This document shows positions 16,080-18,797 of a DNA stretch of 18,797 nucleotides, piece after piece. The position numbers and the translations under genes are program-made. Source of the DNA: Candidatus Bathyarchaeum sp. (GTDB taxonomy: Archaea > Thermoproteota > Bathyarchaeia > Bathyarchaeales > Bathyarchaeaceae); contig JAOZIF010000116.1 of NCBI GenBank assembly GCA_026014495.1, positions 1 to 18,797 on the forward strand. The letters are read 5' to 3'. The notes beneath the pieces were generated by a model, which saw nothing but the letters and a program-made list of their open reading frames with translations, was not told the origin of the DNA and did not search any database. Each line of letters starts with the position of its first letter. Within the stretch, counting starts at the first letter, position 1.

Positions 16080-16754
16080 ATGAAAATAGCAATTTCTTGG
16101 AGCGGCGGAATTGAATCAGCCTTAGCGTGCCACAAAGTAATACAAGAAGGACACAACATAGCATACCTTGTCGCCTTCGTTGCTGAAACATGGCCCTCAT
16201 TTTGCCACCCACTACCAATCATGGAACTCCAAGCTAAATCAATGGGAATCCCTCTTCTAAAACTCAAAGTAAAAGAACCATACGAACAAAGCTACAGAGA
16301 AGCCATCAAAAAACTCATAGAAAAAGGCATAGAAGGCATAGTAACAGGAGACATCTACGTCGTGGACGATCTGCACGGCCGATGGATGGACAAAGTAACA
16401 GAAGGCCTAGACATCAAAGTCATCATGCCCCTATGGGAGCAAGACACGAGCAAAGTGCTAGACGAAGAAGTGACAACCGGATTTAGATCGGTCTTCACGT
16501 GTTTGGGTGGACAGTGGTTCACAACAGAATGGCTTGGACGAGAACTTAACAAAACATCTGTTAATGACCTAAAACAATTAGCAAAAGAGAAGGGCGTAGA
16601 CCCCTGTGGAGAAAACGGTGAATACCACACCATGACAATTGATGGTCCGACATTCAAGCAAGCTATCAAAATTTCAAAATTCACTAAAGAAACACACAAT
16701 GACCGTCTTTTCATAAAAATTAATGAATATTCACTAAAACCCAAGAGTTCGTAA
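16080..16754 (+). CDS. Diphthine-ammonia ligase (Dph6)/DUF71-like PP-loop ATP pyrophosphatase
   Basis: SWSGGIES, QAKSMGIP, GIVTGDI, PLW, DPCGENGEYHT..IDGP.F. The start is placed at ATG 16080 (AGGAG SD at 16067-16071) rather than 15972. Confidence 0.85.
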   Translation: MKIAISWSGGIESALACHKVIQEGHNIAYLVAFVAETWPSFCHPLPIMELQAKSMGIPLLKLKVKEPYEQSYREAIKKLIEKGIEGIVTGDIYVVDDLHGRWMDKVTEGLDIKVIMPLWEQDTSKVLDEEVTTGFRSVFTCLGGQWFTTEWLGRELNKTSVNDLKQLAKEKGVDPCGENGEYHTMTIDGPTFKQAIKISKFTKETHNDRLFIKINEYSLKPKSS

Positions 16755-16868
16755 CTAACATAAAAATAGAATACAATTCTAGAACAAAAAACTAGAAAAT
16801 CATCCTGATTTTTTCAAAGGTTTTAAGAGTACTTATCATGTACCCCAAATGGAGGAGGAGGTGACGCT

Positions 16869-17138
16869 ATGATTGGAGCAGTAATTTTTGTAATAGCATT
16901 CGTATTGTTTCTGTTAATCTCATTTGTTACACCACTACCCCCCGGAGCTACAGTAATAGAAGGATTTGTTCCAGAACTCATGGGATCAAACTATGAAGGT
17001 CTAGTCTCAGGAATCATTAACGGCGTAATCTATGGCATAATAATCTGGATCGTATTCAGCATCGCAATGATGTTCTATAATAAAACGAAAGGACCCAAAG
17101 AAGTACTCGTAAAAGTAGAAGCACAGGATGCAAAGTAA
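16869..17138 (+). CDS. Small 2-TM membrane protein with glycine zipper
   Basis: Strong SD GGAGGAGGTG, two hydrophobic helices, and G44-G48-G52-G56 in the second helix. Confidence 0.8.
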   Translation: MIGAVIFVIAFVLFLLISFVTPLPPGATVIEGFVPELMGSNYEGLVSGIINGVIYGIIIWIVFSIAMMFYNKTKGPKEVLVKVEAQDAK

Positions 17139-17508
17139 AGCTAACATAAAATGACTATTACAACAAAGTAATAATGGCTCAGAAACTGGTTAAACTAGCG
17201 TAGCAATCAATAGGTATGAATCACTCATTCGCTGGCAACATTACATATTATGCGTGTATATCCCTAAACCCGAATGTTTCCAATGGAAGATAAACACGTC
17301 ATTACATTCATGTTTTTTAATTAAGTCAATTTAAAAGAAACTGCAATTTGACTTGCCATCGCCTAGTTTGTTACGGGTTTATTGTTTTCAACAATTATTT
17401 TCAAGTACATCAAACAGTTGTCTATTATTTTGAAGGTTAATTCAATTCTGAAGCGACAGCAAAAATGTTTTAATAATAAAACGTTCACTAATTAGCTAGG
17501 GGAAATTT

Positions 17509-18276
17509 ATGACAGCAATTTATCAAGTATACAAGGACACCGTAGGAAAATTTAGATTTCGACTTCGTGCAGAAAACAACAAAATAGTTGCAGTTAGTGA
17601 AGCATACGAAAGCAAAGCAAGCTGTATTAACGGCGTAAAATCGGTACAAAAGAACTGTGGCTCCAAAATAGAAGACAAAACAATTGGAGCAGAAAAACTG
17701 CCAAATCCAAAATACGAAGTTTTTACTGACATCGCTTCAAAGTTCAGATTTAATCTAAGTGCTCCTAACGGAGAGATAATTGCAGCAAGCGAAGCATACG
17801 AAACAAAACAGGGTTGCATGAATGGGATCGAAGCAGTACAAAGAAGCTGCGACGCCAACATAGAAGACCTAACAACAGGTCAAGTAATGGAATCAAAAAA
17901 GAAGGTGTGCCCAACAGCCGCCGCTGATGCAGGGGCTACCACTCTTGAGATGACCTGTCCGCCCACTAGCGTAGATTTGAATACCATGGTGACTTTTGAA
18001 GGAAAACTGACAGACAGCGACACATGCAAAGGAATAGGAAACGCAGAAATAGGCATTTACGAGAAAGACCGGTCATTCATGGGCGACGATTTATTGGTCT
18101 CTGGGATGACAAACAAAGACGGAACGTTCAAAATAGTCTGGAAAGCAAAACAGCAGGACTGGTGGGACGACTCAGTAGAAGTTTATGCCAAATTTAACGG
18201 AACAGAAAAGCGTCATCCGTCACAAACTGATGTTTACAGAATCAGAGTGCTCTTCTATCTGCGAAAGAAAAAATAG
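17509..18276 (+). CDS. Tandem YegP/DUF1508 (UPF0339) domains fused to a C-terminal Ig-like beta-sandwich
   Basis: Two repeats of the pattern Y.V..D...KFRF.L.A.N..I.A.SEAYE.K..C.NG...V, 64 aa apart. These are followed by a beta-rich domain (VTFEGKLTD..T.KGI..A.I.IY..T..DG.F.I.W...VYA.F.G). Confidence 0.8.
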   Translation: MTAIYQVYKDTVGKFRFRLRAENNKIVAVSEAYESKASCINGVKSVQKNCGSKIEDKTIGAEKLPNPKYEVFTDIASKFRFNLSAPNGEIIAASEAYETKQGCMNGIEAVQRSCDANIEDLTTGQVMESKKKVCPTAAADAGATTLEMTCPPTSVDLNTMVTFEGKLTDSDTCKGIGNAEIGIYEKDRSFMGDDLLVSGMTNKDGTFKIVWKAKQQDWWDDSVEVYAKFNGTEKRHPSQTDVYRIRVLFYLRKKK

Positions 18277-18304
18277 CATCTAATATTAAACCCAAATTTC
18301 CATC

Positions 18305-18311
18305 TTTTTTT
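18305..18311 (+). terminator. T7 tract after the YegP-fusion gene
   Basis: CATCTTTTTTTAATTT about 28 nt after the stop codon. Confidence 0.4.
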
Positions 18312-18618
18312 AATTTATTGAAACATACCTAGTTTAAGGGTCATACCTGAACATGCTGTGACCTGATTTATGGATAACTTTCAACGCTTTTTGTTAATAA
18401 GCAACCAATCTAGAATGCACAGTTTATTTCTCAATTCATTTCAACTCTTCAAAAAGAGGGTTCTGAGGCTTCTGCACGGGCAATTTAAAGGAGAAAAAAT
18501 GAAAAAACAAAACAGCCACTGTTGTTTTTGTTATTTTTCATTTTCGTGCCTAAGCCCTTTCAGCCCCTTTTTTTTCAAGGTTTACTCCCAAAAAAAGAAG
18601 GGAGGGAAAATTGTGGAA

Positions 18619-18797
18619 TTACTTGCGTTTGCGTATTACCCAGAAAGCAGTGACACCTACGACGACAGCAACAACTACTGCAATTATGATTGCGGTTTCT
18701 GTGGTTATTAGTGGTGCTTCAGTTTCTGGTTCTTCTTGTTCGGTTGGTGTTTCAGGTTCCTCTGGCTCTTCAGGTTGTGTTGGTGTTTCAGGCTCTT
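18619..18797 (-). CDS. 3' end (partial) of a secreted/surface protein: P/E/T-rich linker, C-terminal TM anchor and basic tail
   Basis: My translation: ...EPETPTQPEEPEEPETPTEQEEPETEAPLITTETAIIIAVVVAVVVGVTAFWVIRKRK*. It is absent from the ORF track because it is truncated by the window edge. A T-rich tract follows on the minus strand. Confidence 0.85.
   Translation of the reverse strand, partial: EPETPTQPEEPEEPETPTEQEEPETEAPLITTETAIIIAVVVAVVVGVTAFWVIRKRK
18743..18792. repeat. 14-bp direct repeat GTTGGTGTTTCAGG (18743-56, 18779-92) encoding PETPT linker units
   Basis: Exact repeat with a 36-nt period inside the linker-coding region. Confidence 0.8.

Noticed and set aside
16355-17861. Minus-strand ORFs 16355-16744 and 17523-17861
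   Set aside because: Antisense shadows of the dph6-like and YegP-fusion genes.
18370-18711. 113-aa + strand ORF with an internal AAGGAG-ATG (18499) and Cys clusters
   Set aside because: The 3' part is antisense to the real anchor CDS, and the middle is the low-complexity hairpin and T/A tracts.
1-18797. CRISPR arrays, tRNA/rRNA, IS elements, proviral or defence genes
   Set aside because: No regularly spaced repeats, cloverleafs, transposase, integrase or defence motifs were seen by eye. A tRNAscan/Infernal run would be needed to fully exclude small RNAs.

Overview
Archaeal chromosomal window, most likely Bathyarchaeia/TACK. This is inferred from ABCE1, Cgi121, an archaeal-type dUTPase, GGAGGTG ribosome-binding sites, TATA-like promoters and U-tract terminators, not from a database search. 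It holds about 23 real CDSs, mostly housekeeping: RNA/translation modification (ABCE1, TsaC/Sua5, Cgi121, RtcA, TtuA/Ncs6, a Dph6-like protein), nucleotide salvage (MtnP, two PRTases, dUTPase) and membrane or stress functions (SPFH, HtpX, UspA, Fluc). There are also several small orphans and the 3' end of a membrane-anchored surface protein that the ORF track misses. A fluoride (crcB) riboswitch lies upstream of the Fluc gene, separated by a 110-nt leader containing an in-frame uORF and sequences complementary to the aptamer. Third-codon-position composition alternates in 3-6 kb blocks regardless of gene orientation, and one switch falls inside the intact tsaC gene. I found no tRNA, rRNA, CRISPR array, transposase or integrase.
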